NCBI GenBank assembly: GCA_026770705.1
Contig: JANJGN010000021.1
Coordinates: 100,316,001 to 100,380,000, forward strand
Direction of reading: 5' to 3'
Source of the DNA: Isurus oxyrinchus
Lineage: Eukaryota
DNA: 64,000 bases
The translations under genes were made by a program, and so were the position numbers. Below, piece by piece: positions 1 through 11,393 of this stretch. The notes under the pieces were generated by a model. The model saw only the letters and a program-made list of their open reading frames with translations. It had not been told where the DNA came from and did not search any database. The stretch's first letter is position 1, and the number at the start of each line of letters is the position of its first letter.

Positions 1-344
1 TCTTAGCAATCAATCTCGAAGATAACCGAGGGAATCGCAAGGGAGAGGATGATGCTTCCGGGGTTACTTCTATTCAATTCAAGCATTTAAGTGACGGGAC
101 AATAGCCCAAGGGACAGACAGCAACAAAATTGGAAATAGTAAAAGCGAAAATAAGGTAAATAAATAAATAACGGTTAAGACCAGAGAGGAGAGTTGAAGA
201 CTGTACCTACCTCAGCACTGTACACACAACAGAAAGAGGGAGAGACAGAGAGAGAGAGACAGAGGGATAGACTTCTAATCGTGCCGATGTGCGTGTGTTA
301 CACTGTATGATGTATTTTACTCCTTGAAGTACAAATTGTGATAT

Positions 345-1075
345 CACCCTGCCTCATAGAGCAGTGGATTCAGATTTAACACCAGCGTGCTCCACAAAAC
401 GATGGATAAAGATTTAACACCAGTCTGCCTCATGGAGCGGAGGAGATAGAGATTTAACACCAGCCTGCCCCACAGAGTGGTGGATACAGATTTAACGCCA
501 GCCTGCCTCACAGAGTGATGGATAGAGATTTAACACTAGCCTGCCCCACAGGGCGGTGGATACAGATTTAACACCAGCCTGCTTCACAGGGCGATGGATA
601 CAGATTTAACACCAGTCTGCTTCACAGGGCAATGGATACAGATTTAACACCAGTCTGCTTCACAGGGTGATGGATACAGATTTAACACCAGTTTGCTTCA
701 CAGGGCGGTGGATACAGATTTAACACCAGTCTGCTTCACAGGGCGATGGATACAGATTTAACACCAGTCTGCTTCACAGGGCAATGGATACAGATTTAAC
801 ATCACTCTGCTTCACAGGGCGGTGGATACAGATTTAACACCAGTCTGCTTCACAGGGCGGTGGATACAGATTTAACACCAGTCTGCTTCACAGGGCGATG
901 GATACAGATTTAACACCAGTCTGCTTCACAGGGCGGTGGATACAGATTTAACACCAGTCTGCTTCACAGGGCGGTAGATACAGATTTAACACCAGTCTGC
1001 TTCACAGGGCGATGGATACAGATTTAACACCAGTCTGCTTCACAGGGCGATGGATCCAGGTTTAAGATCAGCCTT
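345..1075. repeat. 38-bp minisatellite, about 19 tandem copies
   Basis: Unit GATTTAACACCAGTCTGCTTCACAGGGCGATGGATACA; GATTTAAC recurs at 373, 411, 451, 489, then every 38 bp to 1021; outer copies diverged, central copies nearly identical. Confidence 0.95.
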
Positions 1076-1657
1076 CAAAATGGAAATGGATACATACTGT
1101 TATATTTGTAGCTTTGTTCTTTAGTTCTAAAAGGGCGATGTTAGCTCGGCCGCCCGCGGTACGCCTGTCCTGAGTTTCATATAAATTCAAAGCAGCAGAA
1201 GTATACAAAGGCTGTCTGATCCGATACCGCCTATTTGACGCCAGCGGCCTGAGTTAGAATAGTCCCCAATAGAAAGGAACATCAGGAAAGGTTGAAAATT
1301 ATTGATCAATCTCATAACTCCCATTTTAAATCACTTAACGTGTTTCTCAGACCACAACAAGTGCACAAAGCATCTACGTCAAGCTGCTTTTCCTGGTTTT
1401 AGTTAATGCTCATTATTTGGAAATGGGCAGTGGTATTTTGAACCGGACAATTCTGTACTCGACCCAGGAGAACATCTTGGAACTAATTTCAAACTGCAAA
1501 ATCGAAATCAAAGTTTCCAGAAGTAATTGCCCTCTAGTTAAAGCTCATGAAATGCAATAAACAATCATAAGCGCAATGTAAGCCATCATTTCGCAACGTA
1601 CCTTAGAACAAAGAAGTGAACTAAATATTTATGAGTAATCTGTTTATCCATCTGCAG

Positions 1658-2008
1658 CGGTTACTGTTGGAAATATCACGGTAATCCAGAGACCGCAATC
1701 CCTCACCAAAGCCATGGGACAAACGGCGGACCTCGGCTGTACATATAAGGGTCCCGCTAGAGTCGGTGGCTACAAGTGGCACAGAGGCACCAAGCAGGGG
1801 AATGAAGTTTCCAACAGTACAGCGGAGTTCAAAGGTAGGGTGTTCGGGACAACTAAAGAGGATTTCAGTGAGAGGAGAAACGCGTCCATTCGAATAATCG
1901 ATCTGCAACCGGAGGACACCGGGTTCTATTTTTGCAAAGTGGAAATGATGGGAATCGGTGTAGCATATGGAGCCGGGACCACAGTGACCGTGATGCGTGG
2001 CAACGATG
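1658..2008 (+). CDS. NCR3: NKp30-like receptor gene A, VJ-type Ig domain exon
   Basis: tctgcag|...GATG|gtaagt, phase 1/1. VTVGNITVIQRPQSLTKAMGQTADLGCTYKGPARVGGYKWHRGTKQGNEVSNSTAEFKGRV...DTGFYFCKVEMMGIGVAYGAGTTVTV: V-set Cys/Trp/DxGxYxC plus J-like YGAGT. EVxNxTxEFxGR and CxVExxGxGV resemble human NKp30 as recalled. The leader exon was not found in the window. Confidence 0.85.
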
Positions 2009-2099
2009 GTAAGTTCGAGATGGTGGAGTTATTCTTACGAATCATGGGAGATCTTTCCAGTGACAAGCATTGTCCGTATAGGTAAATTATCCATTTGAT

Positions 2100-2365
2100 C
2101 ACATGGAAGTCCCAATCTGCGCCCTCCACCAGTTTGGAGAACACTACCAACTGCAAGTACCCCTCCAATTCACACGCCATCCTGACTTTGAACTATATCC
2201 CTTCATAGCCCCTGGGTCAAAATCCTATAACAACCGCCTAACAGCTCTTGTGCTGCGCATACGACAGATAGACGGCAGCGGTTCAAGAAAGCAGCCACCT
2301 TCACTACCTTCATAATGAGGCATATTGGGCTGGGCGATGAATGCTAGCCTTGTCAGTGGCGACTA
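2100..2365 (+). mobile_element. 3' fragment of a CR1/L2-group LINE (family with GGGCAATAAATGCTGGCC-type tail)
   Basis: Degenerate match to the copies at 48700-49030 and 17590-17995. Confidence 0.7.
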
Positions 2366-3135
2366 TTTTTAAAGGCAGATGTTACATATAATGTTGGTGA
2401 TGCGTCAGTCAAGTAATCAGCACAGTTATTGTGTGTAAGAGAGTGACTGGAGCCCCATCACCAAACCAGTATTGGGGACATGATATTTCAGCATGCCAGT
2501 ATTAAGGTACCCGATTAGAATCAGCCAGTTAACACATTCGTGATCAATTAGACCTCAGTGTCATCGGGTAAATGGAGATAGCGACAGCTGCAGCTCCGCA
2601 CGTGAGTATGAGCTAATGCATTACTCTCCAACAAAATGATTCGTCCCCGGAAGATACACATTAAATTGACCAGTTTAGGCAAGTCAAATATCAATACTTT
2701 ATTTCAGTCGTAAACGTCCCATAAATACGAGGTAAGGTTTTTTCCTTCGTGTGTTTGCGCTGGCGGATCTCCAGGGTGTACTGAATTATGGCGTGGAAGG
2801 GTGGCACCCCTTAACGGAACCCACCGATCCCCAGCCCCAAGCCCCCCTCCCCCTCTTCCCCAAACCGCCATCACAATGAAAGGGGAATTGGCACCAATGG
2901 TGCTCAGCGCCCTAGCTTTAAATTTCCTTAAACTTGAAGAATGGAAATCTCTCCAGCCGGCCGCCGGCGCCATTTTGCGTTGCCATGGGTGACTGAGTTT
3001 GAGAAACGCCAGTGATACATGTCAGTGAAGAGCCGCACGTCCCAGAGCATAGGAACCCGCGCTCCACAGACACACACACACACACACACACACTCGCTCT
3101 GCCCTTGACCGTTCTACCCGCGCATTTTCACACAG

Positions 3136-3264
3136 ATTCTGCAGGCAGCGGCGAAGGTGAGGCCAAGCTGGAGATCCCATCATCTGTCTTTGCAGTGGCC
3201 GCAGTGGTACCTCTCCTGATCATCGTTATAGTCATAACCGCTGTGAGGCGGCGCCGAAAAGCAG
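3136..3264 (+). CDS. NCR3: NKp30-like gene A, stalk plus uncharged transmembrane exon
   Basis: cacag|AT...GCAG|gtaaag, 129 nt, phase 1/1; DSAGSGEGEAKLEIPSSVFAVAAVVPLLIIVIVITAVRRRRKA. Confidence 0.85.
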
Positions 3265-3570
3265 GTAAAGCGGCCTCTTTGTGCATTTCCCTGCGAATGG
3301 CACATTCTTTGCTCGTTGTAAGGCGAGTGACGGGGCGGGAAAGCCGGCTGACAGGTCGGGTTCAATCCCACCTCCCCGGTTGATTGTAATTGAGGATGGG
3401 GCTGGGCAGAGCGCGGTATCAGTATTGCAGCCCACGTCCTCAGCTTCTCGACCCCACTGGGCCAGGATTAAGTTAAAAACTCCACTCGTGATCGATTATA
3501 GCTTTAAGAAGAAATTGGGAAATGAATCCAGCTCTTTAATATTTCTGTTGTCACCTTCCTTTCCTCACAG

Positions 3571-3592
3571 CCGCTCCTGAGCAGCCCACAAG
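3571..3592 (+). CDS. NCR3: NKp30-like gene A, 22-nt cytoplasmic micro-exon
   Basis: Pyrimidine tract ttcctttcctcacag|...AG|gtaact; AAPEQPT; phase 1/2. Confidence 0.75.
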
Positions 3593-3699
3593 GTAACTGT
3601 TCACACAGAACTACTTATTTTATGTCAACGAGGCCATTTTTTGGGTCCTTAGTGGTTTCTTGAATGTCTAAATTTCCCTGATGTCTCTTTTTGCTTCAG

Positions 3700-3734
3700 G
3701 TCAGGTCCACTCTACGCAGAGGTCCAAAATGCAG
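3700..3734 (+). CDS. NCR3: NKp30-like gene A, 35-nt cytoplasmic exon with YAEV
   Basis: ttttgcttcag|G...GCAG|gtgggt; RSGPLYAEVQNA; phase 2/1. Confidence 0.75.
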
Positions 3735-4668
3735 GTGGGTAACAGAAAGAAATGCACATAAGCCGCCACTGTTAATACACCTCAAACACTGGTGCCTTCT
3801 AATTGATAGCCTGGCTAAGTTTATTATTCATCCGTTATAATCTGGCACCCCACCAGTAACTAGAGCATGAAGACGTAAGATCAATTGGAAAAGGCCAGGA
3901 GGGAGATGTGGCGTTTTTTATTTTAAACTTGACAAGACCTGTAACGTGTTGCAAGCAGATTTAGTAGCAACTTTCCAAAGGAAGTTGGAAATGTACTTAA
4001 AAACCAGACAACATGCAGGTTACGTGGAAAGAACAGGTAAATGGGGCTAATTGGGCAGGGCTTTCAGAGACCCAGAACGGGCAGGTTGGACCGAATGGTC
4101 TCCTTCTGCCCTAAAGGATTTCATGCTTCAATAACGCGTCTTTTCTGAATTAGCCATTGAGCACCTCTTGGTCACGAAGACAAGTTGTAGTGCTAAAGTT
4201 TATGGCTAATCAAATACATTTATAAGATTTTTAAAAACTAATTTCTAATGAGAATTGCTGGAGGATATTGTAATGTGCATTTCGATGTTGAGATCGATAT
4301 TAGCCTAGCCGTCTGTCTATTCTGGTACGGGTGCTTGGCGCGCTCATATCACACTGCTTTGTCTGCTAGTTTAAAGCCAGCAGTTAAAATGTGGGCATTT
4401 ACATATGAGCTCTATATTGTATAAGGAAATATGGCGTAGTATTATATTATGTTGTAAAGTATTATGTTTTGCCTCATATTTATTGTATCGTTGCATTGCC
4501 GATTACGGTATGGCCTGTCATATCTATTGTTGCATTGTGTTCTACCTAATTTCAATCATGTTATGTTGCATGCTATAATATTATGCAACAGTGTATTAAG
4601 TTGCATTTTATTCACATATTCTCTATCCAAATAAAGTGTTTACTCCTGTTTACCCTTATATTTTATAG

Positions 4669-4709
4669 AGACCAATTGTTTTAGCTCTGAGAGCAAAAGA
4701 CCAAATCGG
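4669..4709 (+). CDS. NCR3: NKp30-like gene A, 41-nt cytoplasmic exon
   Basis: ttttatag|AG...CGG|gtaagt; ETNCFSSESKRPNR; phase 1/0 bridges the flanking exons in frame. Confidence 0.7.
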
Positions 4710-5359
4710 GTAAGTAGAGCAACTTATATTATTGCTAAACCTTGTGACCCGGTGTTTATTTTTCCAGTTAATTTTTCATGCAGAATTGTACTCTTCATAT
4801 TGGCTGTGCAAATCTAAAAACAAAAGAAACGAGGTTTGAGGGCTTGGACTATCCTCTCTGTGAATGCGAGTTAGAGTCTCAGCTTGTCACGCAGGCGTGA
4901 AACTTGATTGCGTCTCGCCCCAAAGTCAAGTTTAACGCACAGTGGCGGCAGGTTGATAAACAACAGCAACTAAGATATCGGAATTCAAGAGAGAGCCATC
5001 CGGGGGAATGTGTTACACGGAATGTTAGGGTTTTTGAACACTTAAATAAATAAGCAGAACACAACATAGACCTCAAAATTCTCAGCATTATACATTGCTG
5101 TGGCCAGACCAGACAAGGGCGGCAGTCATGTTTGACCAGGGATGGTGATGGTGCCTGGGAGATTAGCTGTAAGGTTTGATTCTGTGAGGAAGACTGTGTC
5201 AGGCCGTTGCTTGACTATCCTGTGAGACAGCTCTCCCAATGTTGGCACTAACCCCCAAATGTTAGTAAGGAGGGCTTGGCATGGCCGACAGTGCCGAGGG
5301 CGTTACAGGGTGGTCCCTCCGGTTTCATCCTTTTTTGTAACTTTATAGCTGTTTGATAC

Positions 5360-5568
5360 AACTGGGTGGCTTGCCAGGCAATTTCAGAGGGGATTAGTGA
5401 ACCAGATGGGTTTTTGTTTGGCAACAATTTCTTGGTCATCATCAGACTTTCTTATTGAATTCAATTTTCACGGTCTGCCGTGGTGGGATTCGAACCCAGC
5501 TCCCCAAAGAATAACCCCTGGGTCGGTGGATTGCTGGTCCAGTGTCAACACCACTATGCCACAGCAAT
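5360..5568 (-). mobile_element. tRNA-derived SINE, 5' part
   Basis: Reverse strand has GTGGCATAGTGG (A-box) and GGGTTCGAATCCC (B-box); same family as 9560-9905 and 47345-47745. Confidence 0.7.
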
Positions 5569-5759
5569 GTAGTGATTGGAGATAATATGAAAGAACGAAA
5601 ATATGGAAATTTGGTGTCAATGCAGGAAATACTGGATATACATATCAGGTCAGTCAGTGCCTGAAAAGGTAGACGCAGAATGACTGGTGAGATGCTCCCT
5701 TTCAACGGAGTGTTCTCCTGAATTCATTCCCAGGTGCTGATCTGAATAAGATTCTGAGA

Positions 5760-6080
5760 GAGGTTATAAAGATAGATGTTGAGTCTGGGCAGCCTAGAAA
5801 TTGGGGTCAAAATCTCCGAATAAGGAATAGCACTGAGACGAGGAAAGATTTCTCTGCGAGGATTGAGAATCATTGGACATCTCTAGCCCCGAATGTTCAG
5901 TCGTTGAGTATGTTGAAGATTGAGATGGAGAGATTATTCGGCTCTCGAGGCATCAAGGGACATGGGGACTGGGCGGGAAAGTGGAGATGACGCTGAGGAT
6001 AAGCTATGATCTCATTAAATAGCAAGGCAGGGGCGAAGGACCATATCCCCTTCTCCTCCTCCTGGATCTAATGTCCTGAC
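5760..6080 (+). mobile_element. Degenerate CR1 3' fragment in the last intron of gene A
   Basis: Similar to the CR1 3' ends at 15604-16040 and 30810-31530. Confidence 0.6.
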
Positions 6081-6472
6081 ACTGGGCCCACTGCTCGGGC
6101 GGATTCGCAAGTGTGGAGTGTGAAGTGTTTTCTAATATATGCATTTTAACATTGTACTTATAATTATTTGTTCTTTACGCCGACTAATTCCCATTCGTGC
6201 TATACGTTTTATTTAATGATAGAATCGTTGGTGCGCTGGAACATATTCAAAATAGCAGCAATATCGAGGGCAGTGTGGTCTATCCTATTTCACTGTACAA
6301 GGTTTGATAGGGAGACTTTTATGTTGTTTATTACGAATATTGAAGGTTTGAGATATGTTTTGTCGAAACTACACAAAACGCTTTAAGCTATGTTTTAGCC
6401 ACTGCACCGCCTCTGATGCCCAATTCGATTTACAATATTTCATTCAATACTCAAACACTTTAATCTCAATAG

Positions 6473-6580
6473 AGAGGGGGCGGAGATGAGATGCAATACG
6501 CCCAGCTGAATCTACAGGAGAGCCAACAAACAGAGCGCCCAGTAAATCAATTTGGGGTAGTGTACTCAACGGTCAAGTAA
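6473..6580 (+). CDS. NCR3: NKp30-like gene A, terminal exon with two ITIM-type motifs
   Basis: ctcaatag|AGA..., phase 0; RGGGDEMQYAQLNLQESQQTERPVNQFGVVYSTVK, stop at 6578-6580. Confidence 0.8.
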   Translation, partial: RGGGDEMQYAQLNLQESQQTERPVNQFGVVYSTVK

Positions 6581-6894
6581 GCAGAGCGGTTACCATTCAT
6601 CCCGAGGAGGGGTCGCCACCGGCTGACGAGGGGCATCATTTCTGCAGCGTTGGCCCGTAATTTCGTCCGGAAAGTCCGGAGTCCCTGGAGTTCCGGCAGA
6701 TCTTCAATGGCGGGTGGAGTGATCGGGAAAACCCTCCATGGAAGTTCCAGAGATATTTCTGGCCGTCCACATCACTGAGTGAGATTGGTCCCACGAGTGT
6801 TTTAACATGAGGCTCTGTGCTATTAGATGTGAATATTTGCCACGCTTGTGTGAAATGTATTTGCCTCCTATCTTAGGCAGTGTTACCCCGTTTA

Positions 6895-6900
6895 AATAAA
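6895..6900 (+). terminator. Candidate polyadenylation signal of gene A
   Basis: AATAAA about 315 nt after the stop codon. Confidence 0.4.
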
Positions 6901-8979
6901 CAGGTGATCATGGATCTTTGAAATATGGTGTCAACATTTTGAACGTTCACTGCCCAAATCAACCTAGTTTCATCGTTTAACTCCGTAAGCGTTCTCATCA
7001 TTCTAAACTGCATAGACATTTTCGCAATAGCAGTTCTCCCCAGTCGACCCATCCGGTTGAGCAGTTAATTTGTCGTTTTACTTTTTCTTTTAAGAGAAGT
7101 AAAATATATGTTCTAAGTTAAGTTTGATAAACGAGTAACTTCTGCTAGGAGTGTCTCCCTATTCCTGTGGTAACGTCGGCGAAACGCAGAAGAGCTTTGT
7201 TATTGCTAAAGCGGAGTTGCATTGAACTTGGATCGAAGTCACGACAGGAGGGTCGGGAGAACTAGCTTCCTAAGGAATGATACCTGCCGCGTGTGTAAAA
7301 CCGATTGATTGCTCTGCAGGGCGTCTCAAAACTCTTCATGCCCAAACACTTCGCCGCAGATAAAGTTAGGTGCTTGTCTCCAACCCCCAAGTGTTCTGCC
7401 TGAAGGGAAGTTCCAACGCTCCAACAGAATTCGCCGCAATTTCCTCGCACTGGCCTTAATGAAAATTAAATCCGCCGCTCAATATTGGTTGCGGTCTGAA
7501 AATCTCAGCTAACTCTTCCTTTGCCCTCCTCCCTGATGTAACGCCCATGCTGTAAACGCCAAGATCTACCCAGTAGTCAGTGTTGCTTTACAGGAACAGG
7601 CAACAAGAAATGTGCCTCAAACGTGGCTTCTGAAACGACAGATTAGATAAGTGAGTAGGCCGTCATTTTTGTAGGGACGGGTGGATTCTTGAGAACGTAA
7701 CTGCTCTCATTCCGTTGTGCTGTTTGCAGCCACCTCAAATGGACCCACGGCGTTTCAGCCGAGAGCCACTGCTCCCATCAGTATTGTGCTCCTTCAGGAT
7801 TGAGCGGTCAGATTAATTTATGTTCCAACTTCCAATCTCAAGAGTGAGGTTTGATCCACAAACCTGTACCTCCCGCGACCCTCACAACTGGTAGAAAAAG
7901 GTGACTTTCATCTCTGACTGAGTTGAGCCATGGGCAAGGAAATGGAAGAAAATTTCAACTTTCTATCTTAATGTAAGCACCTCTCTTGGCGCCTGTCACT
8001 GAAGAGCCCTGTATGACGCCTGGCATAAACTGAGTTGCACCTCCATTATTCTGTTTGTTCGTCCTATTGAGCGATATAGATATAGCCTAATGTGCCAGTG
8101 GTTATCTGAATGTATCAATAACGTGATATAACAGTTAACTTTATCTGCAAATATGTGTATAGATGTAGGTGCACATCACCAATCAGAAGCAAATACATTG
8201 GTATATTGCAGTCCCATCGGTCTGGAAATTGGGATTAGCGCTAGACGTCTGTATTTATAATCGCGTTGCATTAGTCTGCCCACCAATGTCATCCAACATG
8301 CTAACTTCCTCGCAGGGGTGGACTGCCGAGCGCCCGCCCACCCGCAATCCTTAACTAATGAATTTGCAACATTTGAAACATGCCCTTCCTCGAGACTCGA
8401 GTCCTTTGCTGGGTACCACTCCATTTCTGTCACATTCTGTGGAACTCCATGCAAACCTCCAATCAGAGTTTCACTTCCCTCCGCTCTCTCTGGCCCTCCC
8501 TGCCATCTTCCACTTCTCCTGTTGAGCTTTGAGCCTGTCCTTCGGTCTCCTTCACCCACCCTCTTTCAACAGCAGGCCACACCATTCTTAACTCAATAGT
8601 TAAATACTCGTTTAGTTGAGCTATATCTACGAAATGAAGGTGGAACAGAAAGCTGAAAAGCAGAGGGAATTCGACGGGGAAAAATCCCTCCCCCCCCGCC
8701 CCCTCCAGATGAGACTATACAAACCCAAAGGCTGAATAAAGAAAGCGCTGGGAAAAGAAAAAAATAAACGAAAAGTTGATTGAGTTAAATAGATTGGGTT
8801 GAGACGGTGGTGACAACAAGCTTGATGGTTTCATTTGTACAATATCAATATAAGATAACAGGAAACATTTCCCATTCTCCATTATAAGCCCCAAAACATA
8901 TAGTTGTGTGGAGAAGTATTGGAGAATTCATCATTAGCTTAATTAATAGCCTTTGACTGCTGTTAAATGTACAATGTGG

Positions 8980-9095
8980 GATAAAAACCGAAAATGTTAG
9001 AAAAACTCAGGCCTAACAGCATCTGTGGAGAGAAAACAAAACAGAGTTAACGTTTTGAGTCCATTTTCGAGTCCATATGAGTCTTCAGAACTTTT
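8980..9095 (-). mobile_element. Half copy of the palindromic Penelope-related short element
   Basis: AACAGCATCTGTGGAGAGAAAAC...AGAGTTAACGTTT matches the arms of the element at 19775-20000. Confidence 0.7.
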
Positions 9096-9559
9096 ATCTT
9101 AATGTACAATATGGGTTTTGCCACGCTGTTGGTTTTCTATGTCAGCGACATGTCCGTGTGATCACGAAGGTTTCCTCTGGCCCACATTTCCACTCAAATG
9201 ACCACTGACCCCATTTCTTCAGTATTTGAGTCTATCATCTATGGGAAAGTTGCGGTGGGCGGTCCTGTGCGAAATTTCAACCGATGTGTTCAAGGTTTCA
9301 CGTTGAATTTTAGAAAGGAGCAAATTGCCAATACTACCATAAATAGAGGACCGAGAAAATCATATCACCACAGCCCTTCTGAACCAGTCTACCATATTAA
9401 CAGGAATTCTGGCCTGAAAACCTGCCCCTTTACCAATTCAGCATATTTGTTAATAAGCCATCATGGGGATTTCCTGCCTCCCACAAATCTTTCCGGAATA
9501 CAAAATGATCTCAAAGGATTAGGTGGCGGATTAATTTAACAGCCTGCTTGTCAACTGTG

Positions 9560-9905
9560 TTTTTTTTAATTCCTTGGTGAGATATAGGCGTCGCTGGCTC
9601 GGGCAGCAATTATTGCCCACCCCTAATTGCCCTTGTTCAGAGAGCATTTTTATAGAGTCAACCATATCGCTGTGGGTTTGGAGTTACATGGAGGCCGGCT
9701 GGATGGCAGGCTTCTTTCACCAATGGTTTTTTTCTAAAGTATCAATCGGCAATGGTTTCCTGGTCACCATTAGACTTCTAACCCTAGATTTTTTTTTATG
9801 GAATTCAAATTTCACCATCTGCCGTGGGGGGATTCGAAACTGCGTCCCCAGAGCATTACCCTGAGTATCTGGCTTACCAGTCCAGGGACAATGCCACTAC
9901 ACCAC
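9560..9905 (-). mobile_element. tRNA-derived SINE, near full length
   Basis: Reverse strand has a tRNA-like head (GGTGGCGTAGTGGCATTG...TTTCGAATCCC) and an AAGGGCAATTAGGGGTGGGCAATAA tail. Confidence 0.75.
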
Positions 9906-10659
9906 CGGGAATCAATGGGGCGCCCGTTTTTACAATGTGAATGATTATACTCCACTGTTCGACCAAAAACAATGGATTTGGGGTCTGTTGCAGCACTAAT
10001 CCATCTTTACCCAGCGTCTTTAACCGAGTAAAATGTCCGAAGGTGCTTCACAGGTGTGGTTACCAAGACAATCTGATAGTTATCTACATAGCGAGATGTG
10101 AAGACAAGTGGCCAACAGTTCAGTCAATGAGAAGGAGACGATTATTTTATAGAAAATATGTGTACCGAAACCAATGTTCCTCTGATTTCATCAGAGAAAC
10201 CAAAGTCATTAGAACAGATTCAACATCAGCAATATCTGGGTTTCCTTTTAACAGGCATTACACCCCCCGTTCCCCGATTTTCCTCCTTTGTAGTCCTCCA
10301 AGGGCTAGGTCGCCCTATTGTTCCGCTACCAACTACCCTCCTCGCTCTGCCCCACCTTAATCAGTGAGATAGCAGCTCTCTGCTCAGGGCGGAGATCGGA
10401 ACTCGGGGTTGGGGGAAGAGAGTATTCAGTCAATTTGATGCTTCAGCGAGTTGCTGTACCATGCTTGAATGGCGTGATCCAGTTGGACTTGTGTACCTTC
10501 AGAAATACAGCTGTCAAACTTGGTTTGACAAACACTCTTGTGAAACGCTTAGGACGTTTTAATACGTCAAAGGCGCGAGATAATAAACCCAATGTAGCCA
10601 ATGTGTCTTCAACGTGATATTAACAGCCGTTTGGTAGTACATAATTTGCGTATTGCTGA

Positions 10660-11393
10660 AAGAAGAGACATGTCGAATCTTTTCATCTTGCACTCATCAG
10701 AACACTTCACAAGAATACCAACATAAGGGGATACCAACAATTTATACTGTATGTGAAGAGAGTGCTGATAGGTTGGCAATTGAATTCTGAGTGGCAGATG
10801 CATTTCCATGAATAATGCAGCAGTGATGATGACTGAGAGTTAACTGGCAAACATTGTTTGAACTTGAAACTAGGCAGCTTGACCCTGATTGGTCAAGGCA
10901 TTGCCCTGAGGAATGAGTCAGCCAATAGTTGTTTAGCTGAAACAGGCACAATGTGTGCACATGCTTTTTTCCCTGTCTGCAATAACAGGGTCCTGTGTAT
11001 TAATATATGTAGCTTCCAGTACACACAAATATGCCACAGCATGAGCCCAACTGAAAATCTTAAATTGGTTGTCAGTGTAATTCTTAGCACACTGATGGTT
11101 AGTTAGCAAATGTTGTCCAATCACTGAACCACATCTAATGTTGTACACTGTGTTTTGAGTTTTGCGAGCATGGTCTGTACCTTGCCCATTGTGAACAGTG
11201 GCTGGGACATGCTGTTTGATATGATCCACCAGTCTTTGGGACGTGCAGCCTACATACCTAGCATCACACTGGCACAGAAATTCATATACCACGTTACTCA
11301 TTTGTGTGACAGGTGGAATGTCTTTCTGGCTTGACGGCAGCATCCTGTTGATGGCAAATACCACTCATGTTGCGACTGCACAATAGCAGCTTG
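10660..11393 (-). mobile_element. Penelope-like element, GIY-YIG endonuclease end and 3' terminal repeat
   Basis: ORF 10933-11364(-): SNVVYEFLCQCDARYVGCTSQRLVDHIKQH...IGQHL...LEATYI is a GIY-YIG motif with the CxC/H pattern of PLEs. Confidence 0.85.
10670..10705 (-). ncRNA. Minimal type I hammerhead ribozyme motif in the Penelope 3' terminal region
   Basis: Reverse strand GUGUU-CUGAUGA-GU(GCAAG)AU-GAAA-AGA-UUC-GACAU: complete core, helix I GUGUU/GACAU, near-palindromic helix III. Confidence 0.65.

Noticed and set aside
345-1075. CRISPR-like array
   Set aside because: The whole 38-bp unit repeats with no unique spacers; eukaryotic context and no cas genes
345-1075. Array of RAG recombination signals (CACAGGG + 12-13 nt + A-containing 9-mer) near a VJ exon
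   Set aside because: The heptamer is imperfect, the nonamer matches ACAAAAACC at only 4-5 of 9 positions, and the array does not abut a coding segment
1-1657. Leader exon of gene A
   Set aside because: No ATG-hydrophobic segment ending in a phase-1 GT donor was found; it probably lies upstream of the window
5480-5565. tRNA genes (also at 9830-9905, 35400-35480, 47345-47430)
   Set aside because: A/B boxes are present, but the spacing is extended and each continues into a SINE body and tail
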